A DNA stretch of 64,000 nt from Vicinamibacterales bacterium (GCA_963821375.1 CAWGDN010000002.1:808546-872545); one strand, 5' to 3'; positions 37,224 through 50,300 are shown, numbered from the stretch's first letter. Program-made: numbers and translations. Notes: generated from the letters alone by a model not told the origin.

Positions 37224-40073
37224 ATGACCCAGCGCACCCGCATTCGTCTGCTGTTGCCGATCCTGGCATTGACATCGGTGGTCAGCTTTGTCGGCGCTCA
37301 GCAGCGTGCCGCCACCATCGATCTTCGAAGCGCGCCGCTCGACCAGACCATTCCGGTCGATCCGCTGATCACCGTTGGCACGCTGGCAAACGGCCTGCGC
37401 TACTACGTCCGTGAGAACAGGCTTCCGCAGGCGCGCGCCGAGCTCCGGCTCGTGGTGAAGGCTGGTTCGGTGCTCGAAGAGGAGGACCAGCGGGGGCTGG
37501 CGCATTTCGTCGAGCACATGGCGTTCAACGGCACAGAGCATTTTCCGAAGCAGGAGATCACGACCTTCATGCAGGCGCTCGGCATGCGGTTCGGGGCGCA
37601 CGTGAACGCGCACACCAGTTTCGACGAGACGGAGTACGACCTGCAGATCCCGACTGGCAATCCGGCGGTCCTCGATCGGTCGCTCACCATCCTCGAAGAC
37701 TTCGCGCACAACGTCTCGTTCGACCCGGTCGAGATCGACAAAGAGCGTGGCGTAATTCTCGAGGAGTGGCGGCTAGGTCTCGGCGCTGGAGAGCGGATAC
37801 AGAACGCGCAGATGCCCGTGCTGCTGAAGGGCTCACGCTACGCTGAACGGTCGCCGATCGGAACGCCGGACATCATCCGCAACGCGAACTACGATCGGCT
37901 GAAGCAGTTTTACGCCGATTGGTACCGCCCGGACATGATGGCGGTGGTCGCCGTTGGCGATTTCAACGGAGCCGCGGTTGAAGCGCAAATACGATCCCGC
38001 TTCGCTGCGATTCCGGCAGCGGCCGTCCGGAAGCCGAGGCCTGACTACGCCGTGCCGGACCAGCCCGGGACCGCCTATTCGATCATCACCGACCCCGAAG
38101 TGACGCAAACGTCCATCAGTGTCTCCACCAAGATGCCCGCACGGGACCAATCCACGGTGGGTGCATACCGTCGGATGATGGCCGAGCGGTTGTTCAGCGG
38201 CATGCTCTCCGACCGCCTCGGGGAGATCACGCAACAGCCGAGCGCGCCGTTTCTTGCGGCTCAGACCAGCCGTGGCATCTTTGTGCGCACCGCAGAAGTG
38301 ACGTCGCTTGATGCGCTCGTCGCGCAAGGCGGCGTCGAGCGTGGTCTTACGGCGCTCTTCACCGAGATCGACCGCGTGGCGCGGTTCGGTTTCACCGCGA
38401 CCGAGCTCGATCGGCAGGCGCGCGGTCTGCAGCGCGTACTGGAGAGCGCCACAGTCGAGAAAAACAAGAGCCCGTCCGGGCCGCTGGCCGACGAGTTCAT
38501 CAGAAACTTTCTGCAGGGCGAGCCGATTCCGGGCATCGTGAACGAGTACGCATTGAATCAGCGTTTTCTGCCCCAAATCACGCTCGCTGAAATCAATGCG
38601 CTCGCGAAGACATGGGCGCCGGATCGCAACCGCGTCGTCGCGATCGTCGCGCCGGAGAAAGACAAAGCGACTTTGCCGGACGCGGCGAAGATGACGGCGG
38701 CCATCGCTGCTGCCAGCGGCAGACCCTTGGACGCCTACGTCGATACGGTCAACACGCAGCCATTGCTGGAGCCGCTCCCATCGCCAGGGCGTGTCGCCAC
38801 CACTTCGACCAACGAGCCGCTTGGCGTTACTGAGTGGCGTCTCTCCAACGGTGTTCGCGTCGTGCTGAAACCGACGACGTTCAAGGAAGACGAGATTCTG
38901 TTCCGCGCCATCAGCCCCGGCGGCACATCGCTCGCGCCAGACCATGACTTCATTGCAGCGGAAACTGCCGACGAAGTGGTCGCGCAAGGCGGCCTGGGAC
39001 AGCTCAGGAGCCTGGACCTGGGCAAGGCTCTCGCTGGCCGGAGCGTGTCAGTGAGGGCCGACATCGGTGAGACGGAAGAGGGACTGGCAGGCGGTTCGTC
39101 ACGCAAAGAGCTCGAGACGATGTTCCAGCTCATCTATCTCACGTTCACGGCCCCGCGCCCAGACCCCGTGGCGTTTGGCGTCTTCAAGGAACAGTTGAAG
39201 GTCGCCCTGGCGAACCAGGATGCGCTGCCTGAGACGGCGTTCGCGGAGGCGCTCGGCGCAGCGCTGACGCAGAATCATTTTCGAGCGCGGCCGTTGAAGG
39301 CGGCCAGCGTCGACGAGATGAACCTCGACCGATCGCTTGCGTTTTACAAAGAGCGCTTTGGCGATGCGAGCGACTTCACATTCGTGTTCGTCGGGAGCTT
39401 CGATCTGGCAGCGATCAAGCCCCTCGTGGAGCGCTACCTGGCCAGCCTTCCCGCCCTTCATCGGAACGAATTGGCGAAGGACGTCGGGATTCGTCCTCCC
39501 ACGGGCATCGTCGAGCGCGAGGTGAGAAAGGGCATCGAGCCCAAAAGCCAGGTGAGCATCGTGTTCAGCGGGTCGTTTCAGAACGACGAGATGCACCGGA
39601 TCACGCTGCGGGCCATGGGCGAGATGCTGAGCGGCAACCTGCAGAGGACGCTGCGCGAAGATCTGGGCGGCACCTACGGCGTCAGCGTCGAGCCGCGCTT
39701 CACTCAGCGTCCGACAGAAGGGTACCGAATCGCGATCTCATTCGCGTGCGATCCCGCACGCACCGAGAGCCTCACCAGGACCGCGTTCGAGGTGATCGAG
39801 GCGTTCAAACGGGACGGCCCGAGCGACGGCCAGGTGGCCGACTCGCGCTCGGCGCTGATGCGCGATTTCGAAACGAACAGCCAGCAGAACCGGTATCTGC
39901 TGAACCGGCTCGTGTACAGCTATGAGTACGGCGAGGCTGTCGAAGCCGTCTTCAACATGCGGCCTTCGGTCGACCGGCTGACCGCTTCCCTCATTCGCGA
40001 GGCCGCGCAGACCTACCTCGACACACGTCGGTATGTGGAGGTGACGCTGCTGCCCGAGGTGCGCACCCCATGA
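37224..40073 (+). CDS. secreted M16-family (pitrilysin/insulinase) zinc peptidase, double-length
   Basis: HFVEHMAFNGT (HxxEH) and an intact 949-aa ORF with signal MTQRTRIRLLLPILALTSVVSFVGA. Confidence 0.9.
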   Translation: MTQRTRIRLLLPILALTSVVSFVGAQQRAATIDLRSAPLDQTIPVDPLITVGTLANGLRYYVRENRLPQARAELRLVVKAGSVLEEEDQRGLAHFVEHMAFNGTEHFPKQEITTFMQALGMRFGAHVNAHTSFDETEYDLQIPTGNPAVLDRSLTILEDFAHNVSFDPVEIDKERGVILEEWRLGLGAGERIQNAQMPVLLKGSRYAERSPIGTPDIIRNANYDRLKQFYADWYRPDMMAVVAVGDFNGAAVEAQIRSRFAAIPAAAVRKPRPDYAVPDQPGTAYSIITDPEVTQTSISVSTKMPARDQSTVGAYRRMMAERLFSGMLSDRLGEITQQPSAPFLAAQTSRGIFVRTAEVTSLDALVAQGGVERGLTALFTEIDRVARFGFTATELDRQARGLQRVLESATVEKNKSPSGPLADEFIRNFLQGEPIPGIVNEYALNQRFLPQITLAEINALAKTWAPDRNRVVAIVAPEKDKATLPDAAKMTAAIAAASGRPLDAYVDTVNTQPLLEPLPSPGRVATTSTNEPLGVTEWRLSNGVRVVLKPTTFKEDEILFRAISPGGTSLAPDHDFIAAETADEVVAQGGLGQLRSLDLGKALAGRSVSVRADIGETEEGLAGGSSRKELETMFQLIYLTFTAPRPDPVAFGVFKEQLKVALANQDALPETAFAEALGAALTQNHFRARPLKAASVDEMNLDRSLAFYKERFGDASDFTFVFVGSFDLAAIKPLVERYLASLPALHRNELAKDVGIRPPTGIVEREVRKGIEPKSQVSIVFSGSFQNDEMHRITLRAMGEMLSGNLQRTLREDLGGTYGVSVEPRFTQRPTEGYRIAISFACDPARTESLTRTAFEVIEAFKRDGPSDGQVADSRSALMRDFETNSQQNRYLLNRLVYSYEYGEAVEAVFNMRPSVDRLTASLIREAAQTYLDTRRYVEVTLLPEVRTP

Positions 40074-40098
40074 TAGTCTTGCGCCAGATTCCCCTCAG

Positions 40099-42903
40099 GT
40101 GCCGGCGCGAACCGCCAAGACTTCCGTGAACGATCAGACCGACCCGACACGCTTGACGCCGGCCCTGTCTTCTGCAGCCGGCCAGCATTCGTACGCCGAG
40201 CTGTTCGACGGCCATCCGTTCCCCGCGGTCGTCAGTCGTCTCGAGGACAGCACTCGTTCTCGCGGTCAATGCGCGCACGGCAGAGATCATCGGCAGCGCC
40301 GAGCTACGCCGTCGGCCTGTCGGCAGTCGACTACTACGTGGACCCTTCCGAGCGGATCGAGCTTGCGGAGCGTCTGAGGCGCGACGGGCGGGCTGACAAC
40401 CTTCGGCTGCAGATCAGAAGAGGCAACGGCGAGCCCTTCTGGGTCCTGGCATCATCGCGGCTTGTCGACTGGCGTGGAGAGGCCGCTGTTTTGACCGTCT
40501 TCCAGGACATCAGCGATCAACTCGCCGCCGAAGCGTTCGCTCAAGGCCAACGAGCGCCGACTCGTGGCGCAAAGCGACGCCCTGATGGACCTCACGTCGC
40601 GGTCCGCCAATCCTCGCGAACGATTCAGTGAACGGCTGCGATGCATTCTCGAAATTGCGGCCGACGCCTTAGAGGTGGAACGGCTCAGCATGTGGCGCTT
40701 CGAGTCGGGCGGCTCGATCATCCGGTGCGCCGGTTTGTTTCGCCGGGCCGGCCGCCAGATACGAATCGCGGCTCGGTGCTGGATCGACAGAATGCCCGCG
40801 CCTATTTTGAAGCGATCGAGCACGAACGGCATGGTGGCTGCCACGGATGCGGCGACCGACCTACGCACCTGCGCGTTCCGCGACGGCGTACCTGGAGCCC
40901 AATCGACATCGGCGCGATGCTCGACGTCCCTTTGAGGCACGACAACACGGCGGTGGGTGTTCTCTGTGCCGAGCATGTGGGAGGCGCACGTCCCTGGACC
41001 GTCGACGAGCAGAACTTCATGATCTCGGTCGCCAATCTGATCGCGGTTGCCCTCGTCGCAGGAGCAGCGCCAGAGCGCGCTCACCCGGCTCGCAGGAGAG
41101 CGAGGCTCGGGCGCGGCTTGTCGTGGACACGGCGCACGATGCCTTCGTCGGGATCGATTCGACGGGCGGGATCGTCGCGTGGAACGCGCAAGCCGAGAAG
41201 ACGTTCGGATGGTCGTGCGACGAAGTGCTGGGCAGAAATCTCGGCGGAAGTCGATCGTGCCGCCGGCGTTTCGCGAGGCGCACAACGGCGGCATGCGCCG
41301 CTTCCACGAAACCGGCGAGGCCCCGGTGGTGAATCAGCGCCTCGAACTGGCTGCCTTGCACCGCTCGGGGCACGAATTCCCGGTCGAGCTCACGATCACT
41401 TCGCCGATGGCGCGTCGAGGACGGCTTCTTTTTCGGTGCGTTTCTCAGAGACATCTCCGATCGACGCGAACGTGACGCCGAACTTCGCCGCGCGAAGGAG
41501 TCGGCTGAAGCCGCGACGCGGGCCAAGAGCGAGTTCCTGGCGAACATCAGCCATGAGCTCAGGACGCCGCTCGAACGGCGTACTCGGATACGCTCAGCTC
41601 CTGCAGCGCGATCAAACCCTGAACGGCGCGCAGCGTGAGGCACTTGAGGCCATCGTGAAGTGCGGGTCGCAGCTGCTCGAGCTGATCAACGACGTGCTCG
41701 ATCTGTCGAAGATCGAGGCAGGCCGGCTCGATCATCGAAGAAGCGCCCACGGATGCTTTCACGACTGATCACCGACCTCAATCATGTCGTCGCAGCAGCA
41801 GCGGAGCGCAAGGGACTGAGGCTGAGCATGTCGATCGGACTCCGACGTGCCGCGCCTGCGTGATCCTCGACGGCCGCCACGTGCGGCAGGTGCTCCTCAA
41901 CCTGCTCGGAACGCCGATCAAGTTCACGGCGGCCGGCGAAGTGCGGCTCGCCATCACCCGCGCCAGACGCCACGTCACCTGCGCGTTCGAGGTCAGTCGA
42001 CACCGGCATCGGTATCGAGCCGGAGGCGCTGACGGCGATCTTCGCTGCGTTTGCGCAAACGAAGACGGGAGCGGCTGCCGGCGGCACCGGACTCGGTCTC
42101 GCCATCAGCGATCACCTGGTCAGGAGGATGGGTGGCGACTCTGGAGGTTCGAGAGCGTCCTCGGCGAGGGCAGCCGGTTCCGGTTCACGTTGCCCGCTGG
42201 TCGAAGGCGCAGGAGCGTGCGACGCACCAGGATCTCCGAGACCGGGCCACGCCGGCGCTCGACGCCAGGCTGGCGCCAGGCGAGGCGCTCACCGCTCTGG
42301 TCGTGGACGACAACGCGGCCAGCCGCCGCATCCTCGCCAGCCTGCTCGAGAGCGCCGGCGTTCGGGTGATGACGGCCGCCGGCGGCGTCGAGGCGCTGGA
42401 ACTCGCGCGAGGCGCATCGGCCCGAAGTCGTCTTGATGGATCTGAAGATGCCCGATCTCGACGGCCTCGAGGCGACCCGCCGTCTCGCGACAGGATCCGC
42501 GACCGCGGCACGATCCCGGTGATCGCGGTGACCGCGAGCGCGCTGGGGGACGTCCGTCAGACGGTCCACGATGCCGGCTGTGTCGACTATCTGTCCAAAC
42601 CCGTGCGTGCCGAGTTGTTGTTCGCCATGCTGCAGAGGCACCTGGGCGTCCGATTCGTGAGCGAGACCGAGCCTGCGTCACGCGCGCGACGCCTGCGTGA
42701 TCGATCTCGCTCGACGCATCGACATTGCGGCGCGGCTGCGCCACGCGGTCGAGCTGGGCGATGTCGGTGAGATCCAGCGCCTCGCGCGCGACCTGATGGC
42801 GGGCGATCCTGGCAGAGACGGCTGTCGGCGAGCGCATCGACGGTCTGGTCACTAACTTCGATTTCGGCGGCCCAGCGAATTGGCCGACTTACTGGCGAGG
42901 TGA
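40099..42903 (+). pseudogene. hybrid sensor histidine kinase (PAS-GAF-PAS-HisKA-HATPase-REC plus C-terminal helical region) broken into many frames
   Basis: Domain pieces are readable in alternating frames: LRLQIRRGNGEPFWVL (PAS), ILEIAADALEVERLSMWRFE...GAMLDVPLRHDNTAVGVLCAEH (GAF), [16 protein letters not shown] (H box), LRQVLLNLLG, GTGLGLAIS, VVDDNAASRRIL...DLKMPDLDG...LSKP (REC). Confidence 0.7.
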
Positions 42904-44590
42904 ACGTGCAGAAGGTCCGATAACGAGCGCCCGGGACCGCAGATCCTGCTGGTTGATGACAACGCCACGAACCTGCACGTCCTTATCAGACGCTTGAGGG
43001 TCAGCGGCTATCGCCTGCTTGCTGCGAGGAACGGCAGGGATGCGCATCTCGATCGCTGAGCGGGCGGTTCCCGACTTGGTCCTGCTCGACGTCATGATGC
43101 CGGAGATGGACGGCTTCGAAACGTGCGCTCGCCTGAAGGCTGATGCACGCACCAGCGAGGTTGCGGTTATCTTCCTCTCCGCGTTGGCGGAGGCGAGCGA
43201 CCGGGTGCGAGGGCTGGAGCTCGGAGCGGTCGATTTTGTGAACAAGCCGTTCCAGGCAGAGGAAGTACTCGCCAGGGTCAGGACGCACCTGACGATCCGC
43301 GATCTTCAAAAGCAGCTGCGCAAGCGCAACGAGCAACTGGAGCACGAACTGATCGGTGGCCCAGGAGCTGCTTCACGAGGCGAGAGACCGCACCGACGGA
43401 GTGCTGCTCGGCGACAGCGCCATGCCGTGCGCCTTCGGGACGACTCAAGGAAGCGGCAGCGGCCGATCTGTCGCTAGGTCATCAGTGGTCCGCCCGGCAG
43501 CGACCATGAAGCGGTGGCTCGCGCCGTCACCATCGTCGTCGCGGGCATCGCGAGCCATCATCGTCGTCCGCTGTCTCTCACTGCCTGGCACGTCCATCCG
43601 GATCGCCGGCGGGTTCGGATATCTCTCGCCAAGTTCCGTCTGGCCGAAGGCGGCACGCTATACCTGGAAGGCATCGAGCATCTGACGAATGACTCGCAGC
43701 GCGTGCTCGCTGAACGCCTGCGCGCCATGGACGCGGTTCGTGAGCCCGCGGGAACCCGGCAGGCAGACGTTCGCGTGATCGTGTCCACGACGCGAGACCT
43801 GGACGAAGCAGTAGCATCCGGCCGCGTGATCCCCGAACTGCACCGTGCCTTCCAGCTCAGCGTAGATCTCGGGCCGTTGCGGTCGCAGGACCGACGATCT
43901 GCGCGGTGCTTGCCAGCCACGTCCTCCGGCAACAGGCCGAACAGGCGGGGCGCACCGTTCCGATCATCTCGGACCAATCGCTGGAGCGGTTGAAACGCTA
44001 TCGATGGCCCGGGAATTTCCGTCAGCTTCGCAACGTCCTGTCGTATGCGTTGGCAGTGACTCACGGCCCCGTTCTAGAGGTGGGCGACCAATTGCTGGAT
44101 GATGGCGTGCGGGTTGGGAGCTACAGTCTCGTCGAGCGGCTCGACTCAGGTGGAATGGGTGAGGTGTGGCTCGCGCGCCACCAGCTGCTGGCGAGACCGG
44201 CGGCTGTAAAGCTGGTTCGAGAAGGCGCGATCGATGCTCCTGCAGATGGACGAGGTGCTGCGTCAGCGGTTTACGCAGGGAAGCACAAGTGACGGCGGAG
44301 CTGCAGTCTCCCCACACGGTGCAGCTGTTCGATTTCGGCGTCACCGAGACGGGAAGCTTCTATTACGTGATGGAACGGCTTCGCGGCCTGAACCTGCAGC
44401 ACATGGTGGAGCGTTTCGGTCCACTGCCGGCCGAGCGCACGGTGTTCCTGCTGAAACAGGCGTGCCTGTCGTTGTCCGAAGCGCAGCTCGTGCTGGAGTG
44501 TCTGGCGAAGGCGCCGGGAGATTGTCCCGCCAATGCCGAGAAGCTCTGGGAGCGGCTGGAGAAGGTGCCGCTCGCCCGCCCATGGCACGC
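42900..44590 (+). pseudogene. REC + sigma54-interaction AAA+ + Ser/Thr-kinase-like fusion, degenerate and frame-shifted
   Basis: ILLVDDNATNL...DLVLLDVMMPEMDG...VNKPF (REC). GGTLYLEGIEHL, DVRVIVSTTRDL, YRWPGNFRQLRNV (sigma54 AAA+, with the Walker A position reading GPPGSDHE). GGMGEVWLARH...AAVKL, FYYVMERLRG (kinase N-lobe). The catalytic loop is absent. Confidence 0.6.
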
Positions 44591-44619
44591 AGCGGCGTGC
44601 TCGCGAGTGGTGGGAGCGA

Positions 44620-44826
44620 CGCGCCCCTTCTCGGGAATACACCTGTACTCGGCGTACTCGACCCTTCTCGGGAAACGGCTCGGCGTAGGCTCCAAAGCCG
44701 AAGCCGGTGAAAGCGAACAGGTCGTCGCCCACTTCGAACGTTTGACTTCGTTGCCAATAGCCTCAAGCTTCTGCCGCAGTCGATCCTGCCCTCGATTCTC
44801 GGGGCCGGTCTTGCCGTCGGCGTCTG
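44620..44826 (-). pseudogene. fragment of an MDR-family (quinone oxidoreductase/Zn-ADH-like) gene
   Basis: The minus strand reads ...LEAIGNEVKR / FEVGDDLFAFTGFGFGAYAE / YAEYRCIPEKGRVAP across frames, resembling the VGD.VFG...GAYAEY..VPE block of MDR enzymes. Confidence 0.4.
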
Positions 44827-44830
44827 GTGA

Positions 44831-45905
44831 GAGTGTCTGGGGCAGCGCGGTGGCGGGCTGCTCTCCTGGGAGCCGGTCGACTTCGGTCTTCGCAGCGCAG
44901 TGGTACGCGAGGCGGAGGCGGGCGTCGCCAGGGCTCGCGCCGACGAAGGGTTGACGCGACTCGCCGTGCAGACTGCCGTCGGTGGCGCGTTCCTCTCAGT
45001 CGTCAGCGCACAGCAGGCGCTCGCCGCGGCCGACGCCGATGTGCAACGCCGCGAGGTGCTTGCTCGTGCGGCGCACACCTTGGCTGACAACCAGCTACGA
45101 CCAGGCGCTGAGGCGTCACGCGCAGATGCCGAACTCGCGGCCGCGCGGACGCGCGCGATTCAGGCTCGGGCATCGGTGACGCTGGGGCGGACGACTCTCG
45201 CGCGAATGCTGGGCGTCGCAGACGGCGAGGTCGGCGTGAACACGGCGAGGCTGCTGGACAACGTCGCGGCCGCGACTTCCCCGGTTCCGGCGTCACAGCA
45301 TCCGCTGTTGCAATCCGAACAAGCGGCCGTCGACTTGGCGCGGGCTAGAGAGATGGTCCTGACCAAGACCGATCGACCGCGACTCTATCTGCAATCGAGT
45401 GTCTCTGCACGCGGCAGCGGCGCAAACCCGGACGGAGTCTTTGACGGCGGCGCCGATGGCTTGGGCCTCGAACGCGTCAACTGGGCGGCAGGCGTGCAAG
45501 TGGTCTTCCCGAACCTGTTCGACTTCTCAACGTTGCGGTCGCGGCGCGCCGCCGCGGGCGCACTCGACGCGCGCCGAGAGCGCGCGCTACGACGAAGCTG
45601 TCTTGAACGTGACGAGCCAGCAGCGAGCGGCAGACGTCATGGTCGAGGCGGCTCGCGCCGTGGCGCGGAACACGCCCGTCCAGCTCACTGCAGCGCAACA
45701 AAGCGAAGCCCAGGCGCGCGCCCGCTACGACGCGGGCCTCGCGGGCATCGTCGAAGTCGCCGAGGCCCAGAATCTTCTCGCCGGCGCTGAGTATCAGGAT
45801 GCGGCAGCGCGCGTGGACGTGTGGCGCGCGCTCATGGCGAAAGCCGTCGCGCAGGGCAACCTCGCCTCCTTCGTCGAGCTTCTTCGCGCCTCGGGAGTGC
45901 GATAG
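44831..45905 (+). pseudogene. TolC-family outer-membrane efflux protein, N-terminally truncated; frame break near 45570
   Basis: Helical repeats typical of TolC (LSWEPVDFGLRSAVVREAEAGVARARADE..., [26 protein letters not shown]...). No signal peptide or first repeat was found upstream. Confidence 0.65.
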
Positions 45906-45907
45906 CC

Positions 45908-48900
45908 ATGTGGTTGATCCGAGCAGCCCTTCGACGACCGATCACGGTCGTTGTGGCGATCATCGCCATCGCGCTCACAGCCGGATTCGCGGTCACCCGG
46001 ATGCGGGCGGACATCTTCCCCGACCTCGATCTGCCAGTGATCTACGTCGCCCAGCCGTACGGCGGCATGAGCCCCGGCGCAGATGGAAGGCTTCATCACG
46101 TACTACGTACGCAGTACCACTTCCTGTACATCAACGGCATCGAAAGCGTCGAGTCGAAGTCGATTCAGAACACGTCGCTGCTGAAGTTGACGTTTCATCC
46201 GGGCACGGACATGGCCGAGGCCCTCGCGCAAACGATTGGCTACGTGAACCGCGCGCGCGCCTTCATGCCGCCGGGCACCGTCGGTCCGTTCGTGATGCGT
46301 TTCGACGCGGGGACGCGTGCCCGTCGGGTATCTGGTCTTCAAGAGCGACACTCGCAGTCTGGGTGAGATCCAGGATCTGGCGCTGAACCGCGTCCGCCCG
46401 CAGTTCGCGACGCTGCCAGGGCTTGACGTCGCCGCCGCCGTTCGGCGGCAGTCAGCGCACGATCGTCATCCGAGTCGATCCCGACCGTCTGCGTTCGTAC
46501 GGCATGGCACCGGACGACGTGATTCGTGCCGTGACCACCGGCAACGTCATCATGCCCTCGGGCAGCGTCAACATCGGCGACGAGACGCGCATCTCGCCGA
46601 TGAACTCCGTCGTCGGACCGATCGACGATCTGCTCGAAGCTGCCGATTCGCAGCGGTGCCGGGACGCCGGTGTCCATTCGTGATGTCGCCTCAGTCAGCG
46701 ACAGCACCGACATTCCCGACGGCGTATGCGCTGGTCAACGGCCGGCGTGCGGTCTACATCCCGGTCACGAAACGCCCGAATGCGTCAACGCTGAGCGTCG
46801 TGCAGCGAGGTCAAGGCGAATCTCGGGTCGATTCCAGGCACTGGTGCCCGACGACATCACGGTGTCGTACGAACTGGACCAGTCGAGGAACGTGTCTGCC
46901 GCGCTCGCAGTCCGTGCTTCAGGAAGCGGTACTCGGTGCGCTCCTGACCGGACTGGTGGTGTTCGTGTTCCTGCGCGACTGGCGAAGCTCGGCGATCGTC
47001 GTGATCACCATCCCGTTCGCGCTGCTGGCGGCGGTCGTCGCGCTCTGGGGCGCGGGCAGACGATCAACATCATGACGCTGGGCGGCTTGGCGCTGGCGGT
47101 CGGCATCCTCGTCGACGAAGCCACGGTGGCGATCGAAAACATCCACACCCACTTGTCGCGCGGAACACCGCTCGCACGCGCTGTGCTCGACGCAAGCGGC
47201 GAGGTGGTCGTGCCGAGGCTGCTCGCCATGTTGTCGGTGGTCGCGGTGTTCGTGCCGTCGTTCTTCATGACGGGCGTCTCACGATCGCTCTTCGTGCCCC
47301 TCTCGCTCGCGGTCGGCTTCGCCATGATGGCGTCGTTCTTCCTGTCGAGCTGCGTTGGTGCCCGTGCTCTCAGTCTGGTGGCTGGGAAAAGGCGCATCGC
47401 ACCGGCGAAGAAACCGCCGGACGAGCGACTGGGTCGAGCGACTCCGCAATCGGCTCGCCGGACTGCTTCATCGGGTGGCACCAGCGCGCGGCCTGATTGT
47501 CGTGACCTACCTCGTGGTCACCGTCGGCCTCGTGGCGGCGATCGGGATGACGCTCGGCCGCGAGATCTTTCCACCGAGCGGCGTCAAGGCTTTCCAGCTG
47601 CGGTTCCGCGCGCCCGCAGGCACAAAATTCGAGTCGACCGAGCGCCTGGGCCGCGACGTCCTGGACGTCATCCGCGACACGGCAGGCGCAGATAACGTCG
47701 ACATCACGTTGGGATATGTCGGCGTGCAGCCTTCGTCTGTACCCGATCAACACGATCTTCCTGTGGACCAGCGGCTCGCATGAAGGCGTGCTGCAGGTCG
47801 CGCTGAAACCCGAAGCGCCGCATCCACCTCGAGGCACTTCAGGAGAAACTGCGCGACGCTTTTCAGCGCAAATTTCCCGACGCACAATTCTCCTTTGAAC
47901 CTGGTGACATCGTCAGCCGGATCATGAATTTCAGCGCGCCGACGCCGGTGGAAGTCGCCGTGATAGGCCCGGACTTTGCCGCTAGTCGGGCGTTCGCGAC
48001 GAAGGTGCGGAACGAACTCTCGCAGATCGGATCGTTGCGCGACCTCCAGTTCGGCCAGACGCTCGACTATCCGGCGATTCAGGTGAACGTCAACCGTCAG
48101 ATGGCGGGACAGCTTGGCGTCACGGTCGATCAGGTCGGTCGGTCGTTTGCCGCCGCCACGTCGTCCAGCCGGTTCGTCGCGCCGAACTACTGGGCGGATC
48201 CTCGCACCGGCATCGCCTTTCAGGTGCAAGTGCAGGTGCCCCAGCCACGAATGGCGACGCTCGAGGATCTGCGCGTCGTCCCGGTTTCCGCCGGCGGCAT
48301 CGCCAAACCATTGCTCGGTGACCTGGCGCGGATCGAGAACGCCACGATTATCGGCGAATACGATCGCGTGAACGGACAGCGGATGGTCACCTTGACGGCG
48401 AACGTCGCCGGGGAGGATCTCGGCCGCGCCCTCGCTCGCGTGAACGCGGCGATCCGAGCGTGCGGGTGAACCGCCCCGCGGCGCCACCGTGACGATACGC
48501 GGACAGCTCGCGGCGATGGCGGAGACGTTTACCAACATTACGGCGGGGCTCATCGTGGCGGTCGTGGTGATCTTTCTGCTGCTGGCGGCGAACTTCCAGT
48601 CGCTGCGTCTCGCCCTTGTCGTGGTCTCGACCGTTCCCGCGGTGCTTGCGGGCGTGGTGGTCATGCTCTGGCTGACCAGAACCACGCTGAATGTTCAGTC
48701 GTTCATGGGTGCCATCATGGCCATCGGCGTGGCGGTGGCGAACGCGATCCTGCTCGTGACTTTTGCGGAGCAGTCGCGTCGGCACGGGGGCTCTTCGCTG
48801 CAGACGGCCATCGAAGCGGCGCGAGCCCGCATGCGTCCCGTCCTGATGACGAGCGCAGCCATGATTGCGGGCATGATCCCGATGGCGGTCGCGCTGGGGG

Positions 48901-49082
48901 AAGGCGCTGAGGCGACGGCGCCACTGGGCCGCGCGGTGATCGGCGGCCTGACGGCAGCCACAGTGGCCACACTGATTGTGCTGCCGTCGGTGTACTCGCT
49001 GGTCCAACAGTCGGCGAACCCCACATCCGCGTCGCTCGATCCGGACGATCCGGAGAGCGCCTTCAGGACACAACTGGGTTGA
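45908..49082 (+). pseudogene. RND-family efflux permease (AcrB/CzcA-like) split over at least eight frame segments
   Basis: [23 protein letters not shown]..., [92 protein letters not shown]. These pieces are distributed over track ORFs in changing frames. Confidence 0.8.
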
Positions 49083-50300
49083 CTATGACAACGGCGAAGC
49101 GTGACATCGTACGTGTGCGGCGCACCCTCAGCATCGTGTGGGCGGCATCAATGGCCGCGGCATGTGGAGGTGGCGACGGCACTTCTCGTGCCGTGCCTGT
49201 TGCGGCACCGGATGGCCCTGCGGTGATCGATGTGGTTCGCGTCGTCGAGCAATCGCTTGATGTGCCGCTCTCGCTGCCAGGCGAGCTGACGGCGTTTCAG
49301 TCGGTGGCCATCTTCCCGAGGGTGACTGGATTCGTGAAAACCATTAACGTGGACCGCGGCTCCAAGGTCCAGCGCGGGAGACGTGCTGGCGTCACTTGAA
49401 GCGCCTGAACTCGTGGCGCAGCGCGCGGAAGCGCAGTCCAAGCTGCAAGGGGCAGAAGCGCAGCTGTCCGTTTCACGTGCGAAGGCTGACGCCGACAAGA
49501 GCACGTTCACCAGACTCAAGGCGGCGTCGGCGACGCCAGGGGTGGTGGCCGGAAACGACGTCGCCATCGCGGAAAAGACCGCGGATGCGAGCGCGGACCA
49601 GGTCCTCGCTGCTGAGCAGGGTGTGGAAGCGGCGCGGCAGGCGCTCAACGCCATTCGCGACATGGAAGGGTATCTCCGAATGACGGCGCCGTTCGCCGGC
49701 GTGATCACCGAACGAAATGTGCACCCCGGAGCGCTGGTGGGACCCTCGACGAGTGGCGCTGGCGCGACGCCATTGCTGCGGCTCGTCGACACCTCTCGAC
49801 TCCGGCTCGTCGTGCCAGTCCCCGAGGCGTACACCGCCGAGATGAGGTCTGGCACCGAGATCGAATTTACGGTGGCCGCGTACCCGGGACAAAGTTTCTC
49901 AGGCAAGGTCACGCGGGGTGATCAGGCGTGGAAATCAGCACGCGAACGATGGCAGTCGAGCTAGACGCCGCCAACGGCGATGCCGCCTGCTCCCGTCACG
50001 ATTTGTCAGGTGCGATGGCCGGTTCGACGCTCTGGACCGTCGCTCTTCGTGCCGAGTAGCAGCGTCGCGTCGACGACGGACCGAACGTTTGTGATCCGCA
50101 TCCGTAACGGCAGGACGGAATGGGTGGACGTGAGGACTGGACTCACGTCTGGAGCGTTGGTGGAAGTTTTTGGCGATCTGCGGGCTGGCGATGCGATCGC
50201 GGGACGCGGCACCGACGAGTTTCGCCCCGGGACTGAAGTGCGACCGCGTGAGAACAAGCCGGCGGCCTATATTCTGGAGCACCAGATTAGCGATGACTGA
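49079..50300 (+). pseudogene. RND periplasmic adaptor (membrane fusion protein) with several frame breaks
   Basis: [70 protein letters not shown]. These lie in three track ORFs. Confidence 0.7.

Noticed and set aside
37833-38987. 384-aa minus-strand ORF
   Set aside because: It is antisense to the intact M16 peptidase gene.
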